The notes below the pieces were generated by a model, which did not search any database, was not told the origin of the DNA, and saw nothing but the letters and a program-made list of their open reading frames with translations. Below are positions 39,389 through 52,086 of a stretch of DNA of 64,000 nucleotides, piece after piece. This DNA comes from Octopus vulgaris (lineage: Eukaryota). The stretch is taken from the NCBI GenBank assembly GCA_951406725.2, contig OX597814.1, positions 195,672,001-195,736,000 on the forward strand, written 5' to 3'. Position numbers and translations under genes: made by a program. Position 1 is the stretch's first letter; each line of letters begins with the position of its first letter.

Positions 39389-39547
39389 CAGGAGTGGCTG
39401 TGTGGTAAGTAGCTTGCTTACCAACCACATGGTTCCGGGTTCCGTCCCACTGCGTGGCATCTTGGGCAAGTGTCTTCTGCTATAGCCTCGGGCCGAACAA
39501 TGCCTTGTGAGTGGATTTGGTAGACGGAAACTGAAAGAAGCCTGTCG

Positions 39548-39586
<39 letters not shown>

Positions 39587-39795
39587 TTATGTGTCTGTGT
39601 TTGTCCCCCTAGCATTGCTTGACAACCGATGCTGGTGTGTTTACGTCCCCGTCACTTAGCGGTTCGGCAAAAGAGACCGATAGAATAAGTACTGGGCTTA
39701 CAAAGACTAAGTCCCGGGGTCGATTTGCTCGACTAAAGGCGGTGCTCCAGCATGGCCACAGTCAAATGACTGAAACAAGTAAAAGAGAAAAGAGT
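39389..39795 (+). mobile_element. SINE family B, full length
   Basis: tRNA-like head, CORE-like gtggcatcttgggcaagtgtc, internal (TA)n(TG)n, and tail. Confidence 0.9.
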
Positions 39796-40060
39796 AATAA
39801 GTTGACTAACGTAACGATTGTATTTTCATTGAAAATTTGTTTGAAGATATTGCCTTCAGAGTGGTTTTATAAGCTTCTAGAATTTCCGTGCTGTTCAGAG
39901 GACAGGCAGGAAAGGAAATTTCAAAATCAATGCTTGAGACGGCGATGAAATTAATGAGAACCTTAAACAACAGCAACAACAACAACGACAACAACAACAA
40001 CATCAGCAACAACGACAATAACAATACCAACATCAACGACCTCAAGAACTATTCTGTTCG

Positions 40061-40139
<79 letters not shown>

Positions 40140-40669
40140 TAGAAAATATTAATGTAAAAATATTAATAAATCACTCTTAAGGTTAAAACTCTTAAATAAC
40201 ATCTGAGCTTGACAGCTTAAGTATTGCGACTCTCATTATTCTTCATCTTTACTTTTATTGAATTCATACTCAATAGAGGCCCGGATTAATCGTTTAGTGG
40301 TTTAGATTTGACAGATCAATGATATCACCTGTGTAATACGTCACACAGTATATAAAGTTAATTCTATGTAAGGACTATTTCAGAACAAGGCTAGATATAT
40401 ATATTCTTATATTCTTATATTCTTGTAGGAAATAAACCTACCTCTGTTCTCTTTTGTGTATTACGTAATTAGTTTTAACTTCTGATATTTTTTTTTAAAG
40501 ATTTAGCCACACAGGGGCAGAACCATTGCTCACGACTTTGGCACGCCCTCGAGATTGAGGTGATTGATATGTTTGACAATCTGTCAGGAGGAGGGGCCAA
40601 TACTTACCGAACCGCTAAGTTACGGGGTTGTAAATACAGCAACAGAAATTGTCAAGCGATGGTAGGGAA

Positions 40670-40709
<40 letters not shown>

Positions 40710-40810
40710 GACACAGATATACACATTCACACACACACACACACACACAAAAGACACAGATATACACACTCACATACACACACACACTTTCACTCAGACT
40801 CAAAAATATA

Positions 40811-41068
40811 GGCGTTGGCGCGGCTATGTGGTAAGGAGTTTGCGTGCAGACTACATGGTTCCGGGTTCAGTCCCACTGTATGGCACCTTGAGGCAGATAC
40901 TACAGCCTCGGGCAGACCAAAGCTTTAAAGTTTTGTGAGTGGATTTGGTAAATGGAAAATGAAAGAAGCTATGGAGTATGTATATATATATGTGTGTGTG
41001 TAAGCGTGTGTGTGTGTGTGTACGCGCACGTGTGTGTTCGTGTGTCTGTGTGTATATATATGCATGTA

Positions 41069-41113
<45 letters not shown>

Positions 41114-41320
41114 GCATATATGTATGTGTGTCCTTGTGTATGTGTTTGTTCCCCACCGCTGCTTGACAACCGGTGTTGTGTTTTCACCCCCGTAACTTAG
41201 CAGTTCGGTCAAGGACTAAGCCATAAAAATATATCAAGGACCGGGTTCGGTTTGTCCGACTAAAATTCTTTAAGGCGGTGCACCAGCATGGCCACAGTCT
41301 AATAACCGAAACAAGTAAAG
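40811..41320 (+). mobile_element. SINE family B, older copy with expanded internal microsatellite
   Basis: Aligns to 39389-39795. Confidence 0.8.
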
Positions 41321-41367
41321 GACAGACAAAGACACAACAACACATACACACACAGACACCCATACAA

Positions 41368-41410
<43 letters not shown>

Positions 41411-41447
41411 TATACATACATACATACATATATATATATATACATAC

Positions 41448-41537
<90 letters not shown>

Positions 41538-41540
<3 letters not shown>

Positions 41541-41867
41541 CTCAGTGGTTAGAGCGTCGAGCTTACGATCGTGAGGTTGTGAGCTCGAATCCCGGACCGG
41601 GCTGCGTGCTGTGTTCTTGAGCAAGACACTTTATTTCACGTTGCTCCAGTTCACTCAGCTGTAGAAATGAGTTGCGACGTCACAGGTGCCAAGCTGTATC
41701 GACCTTTGTCTTTCCCTTGGATAACACTGGTGGCGTGGAGAGGGGAGGCTGGTATGCATGGGCGACTACTGGTCTTCCATAAAACAACCTTGCCCAGACT
41801 TGTGCCTCAGAGGGTAACTCTCTAGGTGCAAACCCATGGTCACTCATGACCGAAGGGGGTCTTTACC

Positions 41868-41872
<5 letters not shown>
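41538..41872 (+). mobile_element. SINE family D
   Basis: A box tggctcagtggtt, B-box-like gagctcgaatccc, core, distinct tail; inserted in (TA)n. Confidence 0.85.
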
Positions 41873-41915
<43 letters not shown>

Positions 41916-42006
41916 GAAAGAATGGAGTTGAACGACGAATTAACAAAATTCCTTTATTCTCGACATATGTTTCGAAGGCTGCATATTCCTAATTTCGAAG
42001 GTATCT

Positions 42007-42087
<81 letters not shown>

Positions 42088-42094
42088 TTATATA

Positions 42095-43280
42095 TCTCTA
42101 ATAATAAATGCGAATGTGAGTGTGTCAGTGTGTTACACTTTTACAACTTTACGCCTATCGGCCGTAGACCAACGTATCATACCATTTGGGAATCAGGCCG
42201 AATCTGTGAGTAAATTATAAACATTCCTGTTTATAAACATTCTGCATTCCTGAAATTATGGATTCCGAAGTATACATTACTGCGATTGTGTTCGGCGATT
42301 TCTTCACGTGATTTTTTGCGATGAACTTTTTTGTACGATAACAATTTTTATAACTTGGCAATAAATTTGGGTAGCAATTGAAATTAATTGCGAAATCAAG
42401 CGATTGTTTTCGGCGAATTTTTTACGTGATTTTTCTTTCTTTTCGCGACGAATATGATCATCATTGGGATATGAGTCTGGAGGAAGCTGTTGCAACAAAT
42501 TCTCAAAAACAAGTCTGAAATCTGTTTTCAGTAATGATTGCTACCTTCGAACTTTCCAACCCAGCTACTCTGTGGGAAAAATATCAGGAGGCTCTCAGTG
42601 AGCATATTCTTCATAAAATGAGACTTGCTCATCCGGGATTGGAATTTAATCCTCAGATTGCAAATTTAGCTTTCTGTGAAATTGAAGTCAAAGTGATGAA
42701 CTTGTCTCAAAAAGATCTCAGCCATTTTAGTCTGCCAAAACCAAAGATAAACTGGACAAATCATCAGACTCACAGTTTTGTGAGAAACAGGATACAACAT
42801 GGAAGAACTGCAGCATTGTCTTCAGGTTTATCAGAAGGTCCTTGATGATACCAACAACCAACAATGGAGAGATTTTCTTCTCGGATGCACCTGAAAGTAC
42901 TGAAGAAAACTTTTATAATTAACCTTCTTTTACCAGCATGTGAGACTACAAAGAAAAGTATCTCTAGCAGTAGTATCATCTGGAATTGCTGATATCCTCT
43001 TGCACACAGTAACTTCAAACTTCCATTGGATTTGAACTACAATGAAACCCCTATGTGCAACATCCAGAGAGGAACCAACTTGACTAAGATACCGGAGGAG
43101 GCAAGCTTCATTGTCTGGTAGGAATGTACCATGGCACACGAACGAGCATATAAGGACCTGGAAAAAACAGTCCAAGACATTAGATAGAATTCCCAAATCA
43201 TGGTGATTTTAGACAAACATTACCAGCCATTGCAAGAGGAACTCCAGCTGATGAAATCAATGCTTGCCTGAAAAATTCTG
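42095..43280 (+). mobile_element. Helitron remnant: 5' terminus-like sequence plus PIF1-like helicase pseudogene
   Basis: 5' tctctaataataaatgcgaatgtgag; SNPATLWEKY, FFSDAPEST, AVVSSGIADILL, HSNFKLPL, IVW*ECTMAH, GDFRQTLP, EINACLKNS. Confidence 0.88.
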
Positions 43281-43662
43281 CAGGACAATGCGCGACCCAA
43301 CACTGCAAAGATCACATCACAGAAGGTCGTAGAGTTTGGTTGTGAAAAAATTCCTCATTCACCTTATTATCCTGACCTTGCTCCTTCAGACTACAATTTG
43401 TTTCGTAGTTTACAGAATAATTTGGGTGACATAACTTTCGCAAGCTAGGATGTGGTCGAAGCTGACATTTCAGAGTTCTTCATTTTGAAACGAAACGAGT
43501 TTTACATTGATCGGATGGGATAAAAAAGCTTGTAAATAGATGGAAGGAAGTCATAGATAATCAGGGAAAATACATTGATGATTAAATTTCAATTAAATAT
43601 AGCATTTGATCACTTATTTTCTTTATTCAAAATTCGGACGGAACTTATGGGATGACCTAATG
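43281..43662 (+). mobile_element. Mariner (D34D) transposase 3' fragment plus right TIR
   Basis: QDNARPNTA..HSPYYPDLAPSDY (34 aa between the Ds), RWKEVIDNQGKYIDD* at 43585; end ggaacttatgggatgacctaatg|ta. Confidence 0.92.
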
Positions 43663-44329
43663 TATACACACTCACGTATGCATATATACGACTGGCTCGG
43701 GCTTCTTTCAGTTTCTGTCTACCAAATCCATTCATTGGGTTTTGTTCGGCTCGGGGCTATAAAGTAGGTGCCGCGCAGTGGCACTGAAACCAATATCACG
43801 TGGTTAGCAAGCCAGCTTCTTAACTACACAGCTGCGTCTGAACTTATATCGATAAATCAAAGACTAAATATGCAAAATTGGAATTATCAAAACAAAAAAA
43901 AACGAAAGAAAGAAAGAAAAGAAAAAGAAAAGAGAAAGGCAAGGAATTTATCGATAAACCGAAAGAAATGAGAAACAAATGCAGGTACTTTGGCAGTGGA
44001 ATATTGCCAAATATATATTTGGTGGTTCTGTTTCCGTCTTGATGAAGAATGACTATTTTTGGTTCGATGATGTCACATCATTCTATATTATTGAATAAAT
44101 CCCAGATTACAAGTTTAATAACATTTCACACAAGGGAATGTTAGCCATGGAATAAAAAAACAAAAATAACTACCTTTCATGTGTTTTAGTTGTTTTAGAA
44201 TTCACAGAAAAGAGAAAAAGGTTTTTATAACTAAAGTTTGGTGTCCTACTTAAGCGTATCTTCCTTCCTTTCTTTATTCATTTCTTTCATTTCTTTCTTA
44301 CTTCGCCTTTGTGTGTTTGTTTGTCTGCT

Positions 44330-44451
44330 TCATTTGTTCTTTCTTTTCTTTTCTTTCTTTTTGTTCCCTCTTTTTTCATTCGTTTTTCGTTTGTTTTTCT
44401 ATTATTCTTCCTTCCTTAACTGTCTTTCTTCCTTAACTTTCTTTCTTTTTT

Positions 44452-44483
<32 letters not shown>

Positions 44484-45842
44484 TCCTACCGTCTTTATAC
44501 TTTTTTCATCTATTTCCTTCTTTCTACTTATCCTTCCTTCCCAGCCTTTTTCTTTCTTTCTTTCTTTCGTTCGTTCCGTCTTTATTCTTTTTCCTTTATT
44601 TCCTTCTTTCTTAGCTTCTTTCATTCTTTTCTCCTTCCTTCCATCCATTCTTCCTTCCTTCCTTCCTTCTTTGCTTCCCTCCTTCCTTCCTTCATTCCAT
44701 TTTTCCTTCCTTCCATCAATTCTTCCTTCCGTCCTTCCTTCCTTCCTTCCTTCCTTCCTTCTTTCCTTCCTTCCTTCCTTCCTTCCTTCCTTCCTTCCAT
44801 CCATTCTTCGTTCCTTCGTTCGTTCGTTCCTTCCATCCATTCTTCCTTCCTTCCTTCTTTCCATCCATTCTTCCTTCCTTCCTTCCTTACATCCATTCTT
44901 CCTTCCTTCCTTCCATCCTTCCTTCCTTCCTTCCTTCCTTCCTTCCTTCCTTCCTTCCTTCCTTCCTTCCTTCCTTCCTTCCATCCATTCTTCCTTCCGT
45001 CCTTCCTTCCGTCCTTCCTTCCTTCCTTCCATCCATTCTTCCTTCCTTCCTTCCTTCTTTCCATCCATTCTTCCTTCCTTCCTTCCTTACATCCATTCTT
45101 CCTTCCTTCCTTCCTTCCATCCATCCTTCCTTCCTTCCTTCCTTCCATCCTTCCTTCCTTCCTTCCTTCCTTCCTTCCATCCATTCTTCCCTCCGTCCGT
45201 CCTTCCTTCCTTCTTTCCATCCATTCTTCCTTCCTTCCTTCCTTCCTTCCTTCCTTCCTTCCATCCATTCTTCCTTCCTTCCTTCCTTCCATCCATTCTT
45301 CGTTCCTTCGTTCGTTCGTTCCTTCCATCCATTCTTCCTTCCTTCTTTCCTTCTTTCCATCCATTCTTCCTTCCTTCCTTCCTTACATCCATTCTTCCTT
45401 CCTTCCTTCCTTCCATCCTGCCTTTCTTCCTTCCTTCCTTCCTTCCTTCCTTCCTTCTTTCCCTTCTTCCTCCCTTCCTGCCTTCCTTCCTTCCTTCCTT
45501 CTTTCCCTTCTTCCTCCCTTCCTTCCTTCCTTCCTTCCTTCCTTCCTTCCTTCCTTCCTTCCTTCCTTCCTTCCTTCCTTCCTTCCTTCCTTCCTCCCAT
45601 TCTTCCTTCCTCCTTCCATTCATTCTTTCTTTCTTCCTTCCTTCCTTCCTTCTCTACTTCCTTCCTTCCTTCCTTCTCTACTTCCTTCCTTCCTTCTCTT
45701 CTTCCTTCCTTCCTTCCTTCCTTCCATCCATCCATGAATCCTTCCTTCCTTCCTTCCTTCTTTCCATCCTTCCTTCCTTCCTTCCTTCCCTCCATTCTTC
45801 CCTCCTTTCTTCCTTCCTTCCTTCCTTCCTTCCTCCCTTCCT
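44330..45842. repeat. (TTCC)n/(TTTC)n polypyrimidine tract, ~1.5 kb
   Basis: Nearly pure pyrimidine strand with recurring ccatccattc and ttcgttcg variants. Confidence 0.97.
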
Positions 45843-46558
45843 ACCGATTCCAACCACTTTAATCCATTATTTTGGAAACGGTCACTCAGTTATTTCTCTC
45901 CCGTCTTTCTTATTAATAATAACTCTATTATGATCTACCTTTAGATAGCAAATGTTTCTTTGTTCTTGCTTTAAAAAAAATCATGTGCACATATACACAA
46001 ATATCTATATATAACTTCAAATGCACACACACATATAAATATATGTATGTACTTTTATACGTGTACGCTCATACACACATGGACACGAAACCGTACGTAT
46101 GTAAGTATATACATATATGTATGTAAATATACAGACAGTTGTACACAAACACATATATAGAGAAACTCATGTCCATACACAGAAAGAGTAAAAAATGCAA
46201 GGTGATATACTTAAAATGCCTTTAAATCCTGTTTTCCAAACTGAAAAAAAAAAAACGAAAAACAAAAAGAAAAGAGGAGAAAAAGAAGAAAAAAAAAACA
46301 AACGCTAAGAAATATAGCAAACTCGACTTCAATATACTATAAATACTTTTGTTATCGACCGGATTACGAGCAATATTATACAATTATACAAAACATAATA
46401 AAAACTGATATATATATATATATAAATAGATAAATACACACACATATATATGCATACATATATGTATATATGTATATATATGCATATATATGCATATATA
46501 TATGCATATATATACATGCATATACATATATACATATATATACATATATATATGTAAT

Positions 46559-46607
<49 letters not shown>

Positions 46608-46609
46608 GC

Positions 46610-46653
<44 letters not shown>

Positions 46654-46928
46654 GTATATATATATATAAAATCAAGAATTAGGGTGAAAAAATTGGATAT
46701 TAATTTAATAATACCATCAATTTAACACCAAGTGGCTTAGCGCATAAAAACCAGGGATACAATAAAAATTTATACATAAATATAAGAGAGTGTCCACTAC
46801 GTGGTCGACTCTTGCGCTAAAAATAGATCCGCTATGATCTCAACCACCAAGAATTGTTTCCAAGGAGAATTAGCACAACTATGAGCGTAAACGAGCAGGA
46901 CAAATGAAAAATAACATTCATGTAGATT

Positions 46929-47007
46929 AATTCTAGACAATTGTTTCGCTATTAATGAATTATGCAATTTTACTTACATAATATATCCATAGCTCATCAG
47001 TAGAATT
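46929..47007 (-). ncRNA. Type I hammerhead ribozyme (antisense copy)
   Basis: Reverse complement of 47241-47319. Confidence 0.88.
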
Positions 47008-47240
47008 TGTCTTGGATACAATTTACTAAACGGCAAGCCAAATTTTAACATAACGTCAAACACACGTGTGGTTTAATTATACTGCAGTAAATTTTTTATG
47101 CAGTATTTGTTTCCGTGATTTTTGGCGCGCTATAGCGAGGGCATTCGAATCATAACTCCGAATATAATTGACTAAACCACACGTGTGTTTGACGTTATGT
47201 TAAAATTTGGTGTGCGGTTTAGTAAATTGTATCCTAGACA

Positions 47241-47319
47241 AATTCTACTGATGAGCTATGGATATATTATGTAAGTAAAATTGCATAATTCATTAATAGC
47301 GAAACAATTGTCTAGAATT
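47241..47319 (+). ncRNA. Type I hammerhead ribozyme
   Basis: aattcta-CTGATGA-gctat...atagc-GAAA-caattg-TC-tagaatt; GUC site, palindromic stem III. Confidence 0.9.
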
Positions 47320-47471
47320 AATCTACATGTATGTTATTTTTCATTTGTCCTGCTCGTTTACGCTCATAGTTGTGCTAATTCTCCTTGGAAACAATTCTTG
47401 GTGGTTGAGACCATAGCGCATCTATTTTTAGCGCAAGAGTCGACCACATAGTGGACACTTTCTTATATTTG

Positions 47472-47646
<175 letters not shown>

Positions 47647-47743
47647 CGGGAAGCTTTATGAAAATAGACAAAAGACGAAGGCAGGTGGAATACAAACAAA
47701 CAATTGTATTAGTATGGCGCTCAGGAAATATAAATGAAACGAG

Positions 47744-47781
47744 TCTTTAACGTTTCGAGCCTACGCTCTTCAACAGAAAGA
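47744..47781 (-). ncRNA. Minimal hammerhead-like motif (CUGUUGA core plus extra A)
   Basis: Minus strand: tcttt-CTGTTGA-a-gagc(gtag)gctc-GAAA-cg-TT-aaaga; cassette 47646-47880 is related to 3890-4097 and 58000-58145. Confidence 0.55.
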
Positions 47782-48134
47782 TACACAGAGAAAAAAAACA
47801 CAGAAAGAAGGAGAGAAAAAAAATATGCGTGCGGAAGTTAGCGAATCAACATGGCGATCTGATTTCGGCCAGAAGTCAAAGATCAAACATTAGACGCAAG
47901 AGCGAAATTAGGGGAGATAATAGGGTTGAATGACTCCGCTCAAACATAAGAGTGTGTGTGTGTGTGTGTGTATGAGAAGAGTGTGTGTGTGTGTATGAGA
48001 GAGTATTAGTGCGTATGAGAGGTCTAGACGTGTGTATGTATATATGATGTGATGTGTAAAGTCGTATGGTGTAGTGTAGAGAGAGGAGAAGAGGAGGGGG
48101 AGAAGGAATATATATATATACATATATGTATATA

Positions 48135-48197
<63 letters not shown>

Positions 48198-48219
48198 TAT
48201 ATATACATATATGTATATA

Positions 48220-48294
<75 letters not shown>

Positions 48295-48340
48295 TGTATA
48301 TATACATATAATATATATATATATATAAATATATATATAA

Positions 48341-48395
<55 letters not shown>

Positions 48396-48780
48396 TTCTG
48401 CCACCCAACGGTCATCACGGCAGTAGCCACTGACAGCCGAACGATCAAACGCACACACGTACACAAAAAATGTTTTCTACCCCTACGCCAACACACACGT
48501 ATATAGAACAGTATACACACACACACGTCTCTAAGTAGATTTTTTCTCGCCCCTTATAAAACATCCAATATTCCTTAAATAGTCAGAACTTTATTCTCGG
48601 TCACAAAGAACATCTACGCCCCCTCACCCACATGATTGACCGATGCCTGACCCGTTGAATTCTTCAGCCACCGGTTCTCAACATACACTGATAAACAGTT
48701 TCGCCATGGGCTCTTAGGAGCATAGTTCGATTTGTTTTTGCTCCGCCTCTGTTCTGTTTTTGTTTTTCCAACGGATTTCC

Positions 48781-48874
48781 TATTTTCTTCCTGAAGAGAA
48801 AGACACAATATGGTCCCATTATTCCATCGGATTTTGGTAATTTGTGCCTTTCGAAACACGTGTAGAATGAAATA
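48781..48874 (+). ncRNA. Type I hammerhead ribozyme with a long stem II
   Basis: tattttcttc-CTGAAGA-gaaagacacaa...ttgtgcctttc-GAAA-cacgtg-TA-gaatgaaata. Confidence 0.9.
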
Positions 48875-49109
48875 AAACGATTTCTGTTCAATCTGCGTTC
48901 AGCTCCATTTCTTCAATTCACCAATAATGTTCTAATTTCAATTATCCGCACCAACGCACGGTTGCAACACCATATGGTTGTACCTCCAACCGTGCTGTTT
49001 TACTGCTGTGATTTTTGCTACTAAGGTATCGGTTAAACTTTTGATTAATCTACTACAAGATTATTCATCTTTCTATTTCACATTATATATATATATATAT
49101 ATATCAATA

Positions 49110-49545
49110 TTACTGTTTTGTCTTTTACTTGTTTCAGTCATTAGACTTCGGCCATTATGGGAGACCACTGGAAAGGATTTTAGTCGAACAGATCGATTTC
49201 AGTCCATAGGACTTTTCTTAAATAGTCTGCTACGCATTCTATCGGTATTATTCTCTTATTCTCGAGCTCCAAAGTTATGGCTACGTAAACAAACCTACAT
49301 CGGTTATAAAACGATGGTGGGTAACAAACAGAGGAAAAGCCCCCCTCACATAGACGTGTGTCTGTTTATACGACGGGCTTCATTACAGTTTCTGTCAAAT
49401 AAATTTATCTACAAGATATTAGTCGAACCAGTAGGTATAGAGCAGAATGTACATGCCCCAAAAAAGTGGTGTGAAGTGAGAATGAACCCGCAAACATGTG
49501 TCAGTAAAGTGAGCTTCTAAAGAACATATCCATGCTTGCGCTTAT
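49110..49545 (-). mobile_element. SINE family B, old copy
   Basis: Starts tcttttacttgtttcagtcatt; diverged match to 9615-10030. Confidence 0.7.
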
Positions 49546-49713
49546 ATTATATATATATATATATACAAAAAGCAATAAAGATTCAAGTTAATTTAAATGA
49601 ATTTACTTGAATATGGTACCTAACTTAGATGCACCAAAAAAACTATACTGATTTAACAATACAGTAATGTGGGGTGATTATAAGCGAGAATGAAGCAACA
49701 AGAATGGATAGGT

Positions 49714-49804
49714 TTTTAGTACAATCGTTTCATACAAGGACAGGTTTTATTAAAAGTTGCAAAAATTACAGCATATAAACGTGTCCCGTACTCATCAGCT
49801 AAAA
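49714..49804 (-). ncRNA. Type I hammerhead ribozyme (antisense copy)
   Basis: Reverse complement of 50689-50779. Confidence 0.85.
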
Positions 49805-50688
49805 TACATGTGAGTTCTCTAGACATCCTAGTGGTTGAGGCTATACTCATGAAGTAATGTAGATAATTAAGTAACATAAACAGATTTCAAAAGTTCATTA
49901 AAGTTCTTTAAAGATGATGTACAGTCTTATCACAGAATTTTAAAAAAGTCTTAATAGTATCACAGAGAAGGTGACCTAATCCATAGTGCACATATGAATT
50001 TCCAGAGATATGATGAGGGATTACATACTCACAGAAGACAAATTTATCCATTGTTAATTACAACGAGGTGGGTTTCAATTCCTGCTTATTAGCATTACAG
50101 AGAGGGTGAATTAATCCTTTGTATAGATGCACAATTTCCAATGGTGTAGGTGTAAATTTCCAAGGAATTTCATATTCACAGGCGATAAATTTATCAATGG
50201 TTGAACACAATGAGGTAGGTATCAATTCTTGCTATATGATTAGGTATTTGCCACATTAATCACATTACTGCTATTTCCAAGAGGCTGTAGCTATTTAACT
50301 TTTAAAGGCTGAAGGGCTTACTAGAGCTGTATAGAATAGAAAAGGGAAGGGCATAGAAGAAAAGAGAGAAAATAAAAGAGAGAAAATAAAAGAGGAGGGA
50401 GCAAAAAGGGGGGGAAGGGGGACTCAAAGAGAAGAGAAAAGGAAAAAGAGAATAAGAAGAAGAAAAAGAAAAAAGAGAAAAGAGAAAGAAATAGGGAAGG
50501 AAGGGAAAAAAAGAGAAAAAGAGGAAAAAAAGAAAAAAGAAGAAAGAAGAAAGAAAAAGAAAAAAAGAGGGTTCTAGTTATACAGAAGAATTTAATGAAC
50601 TTTTGAAATCTGTTTATGTTACTTAATTATCTACATTACTTCATGAGTATAGCCTCAACCACTAGGATGTCTAGAGAACTCACATGTA

Positions 50689-50779
50689 TTTTAGCTGATG
50701 AGTACGGGACACGTTTATATGCTGTAATTTTTGCAACTTTTAATAAAACCTGTCCTTGTATGAAACGATTGTACTAAAA
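50689..50779 (+). ncRNA. Type I hammerhead ribozyme
   Basis: ttttag-CTGATGA-gtacgggaca...tgtccttgtat-GAAA-c(gatt)g-TA-ctaaaa. Confidence 0.85.
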
Positions 50780-50808
50780 ACCTATCCATTCTTGTTGCTT
50801 CATTCTCG

Positions 50809-50901
<93 letters not shown>

Positions 50902-51153
50902 TGCACATATACATACGAGTGAGTGGACACACGAAAGAAGGACACTCTACCAATTTATTGGGAATTACATGTATGGATCAGAACAGTTTCAATACAGTAT
51001 GAATAAGAAACAGTTTTGATCAATATATACGTATATATATATCGTTTGTAGAAATACATAAATCCGGAGTGTTTGGGATCTGTTGATACGCCGTGAAGCT
51101 AAACCCTTTATGAGCGCGAAACCCAGGGTTACCCCATTAACTGGCCTGCCCAC

Positions 51154-51194
<41 letters not shown>

Positions 51195-51257
51195 TCAATA
51201 AATGTTGTGTTGACCGCACGTGGAGAAATGATAAGTAAGGAAAAATTTCTTTAAAAA

Positions 51258-51648
51258 TGCAGAATGCTCAAATGAAAGAAAATTTTAATAAAATGAGAAA
51301 TTGATAAAATATATAAATATATATTTATTCATACAGCAGGGATCACCACCATCCCCTGCCGGAGCCTCGTGGAGCTTTAGGTGTTTTCGCTCAATAAACA
51401 CTCACAACGCCCGGTCTGGGAATCGAAACCGCGATCCTATGACCTAGGGCAGCGGACTCGCGGTCATAGGATCGCGGTTTCGATTCCCAGACCGGGCGTT
51501 GTGAGTGTTTATTGAGCGAAAACACCTAAAGCTCCACGAGGCTCCGGCAGGGGATGGTGGTGATCCCTGCTGTATGAATAAATATATATTTATATATTTT
51601 ATCAATTTCTCATTTTATTAAAATTTTCTTTCATTTGAGCATTCTGCA
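51258..51648. repeat. 187-bp-arm palindrome with a 17-nt spacer, containing a family C SINE head
   Basis: 51258-51444 is the reverse complement of 51462-51648. Confidence 0.95.
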
Positions 51649-51657
51649 ATTTTTCCT

Positions 51658-51740
<83 letters not shown>

Positions 51741-52086
51741 TATATATATAAAGCATGTGGATTACTGGTTAGGGTGTTTGGTTCAAATCTTTGAGAGGGC
51801 AGCGCGTTGTGTCCATAAGCAGGGCACTTCACATCATGTTGCTTCGGCCTACCCACTTGAAAAAAATATGTACTCTCGTACTGTCAGTGCTGCTTTAGTT
51901 TTCTCTCCAGCTGTTAATTTCTCTCTTCAATGACCGTCTTGGTCGAAGATGCATGGCCCGAGACGATAGAAGTGATATCTGTGTCAGCTCGGGGCTACGT
52001 AGATCCCTAAGACAATTAGCAAAACCTAGCAAATCATACCCGCTTTTCGAGTGGCAGATAAGGAAAGAAGCAACACGAGTATACGT

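Larger units (their letters stand above)
49567..50814. mobile_element. Head-to-head inverted pLTR cassette
   Basis: Arms 49679-49902 and 50591-50814 (224 bp, no mismatch seen), ~690-bp spacer, extra tail 49567-49678, (TA)n flanks. Confidence 0.9.

Noticed and set aside
44238-45933. 499-aa and 420-aa ORFs
   Set aside because: (TTCC)n has no stop codons; the LPSF/EGRK repeats are artefacts.
48614-48910. Tc1-like N-terminus on the minus strand; HHR-like CCTAAGA..GAAAC near 48700
   Set aside because: No transposase motifs, and the region is better explained by the plus-strand HHR cassette; the second motif lacks G5 and stem I.
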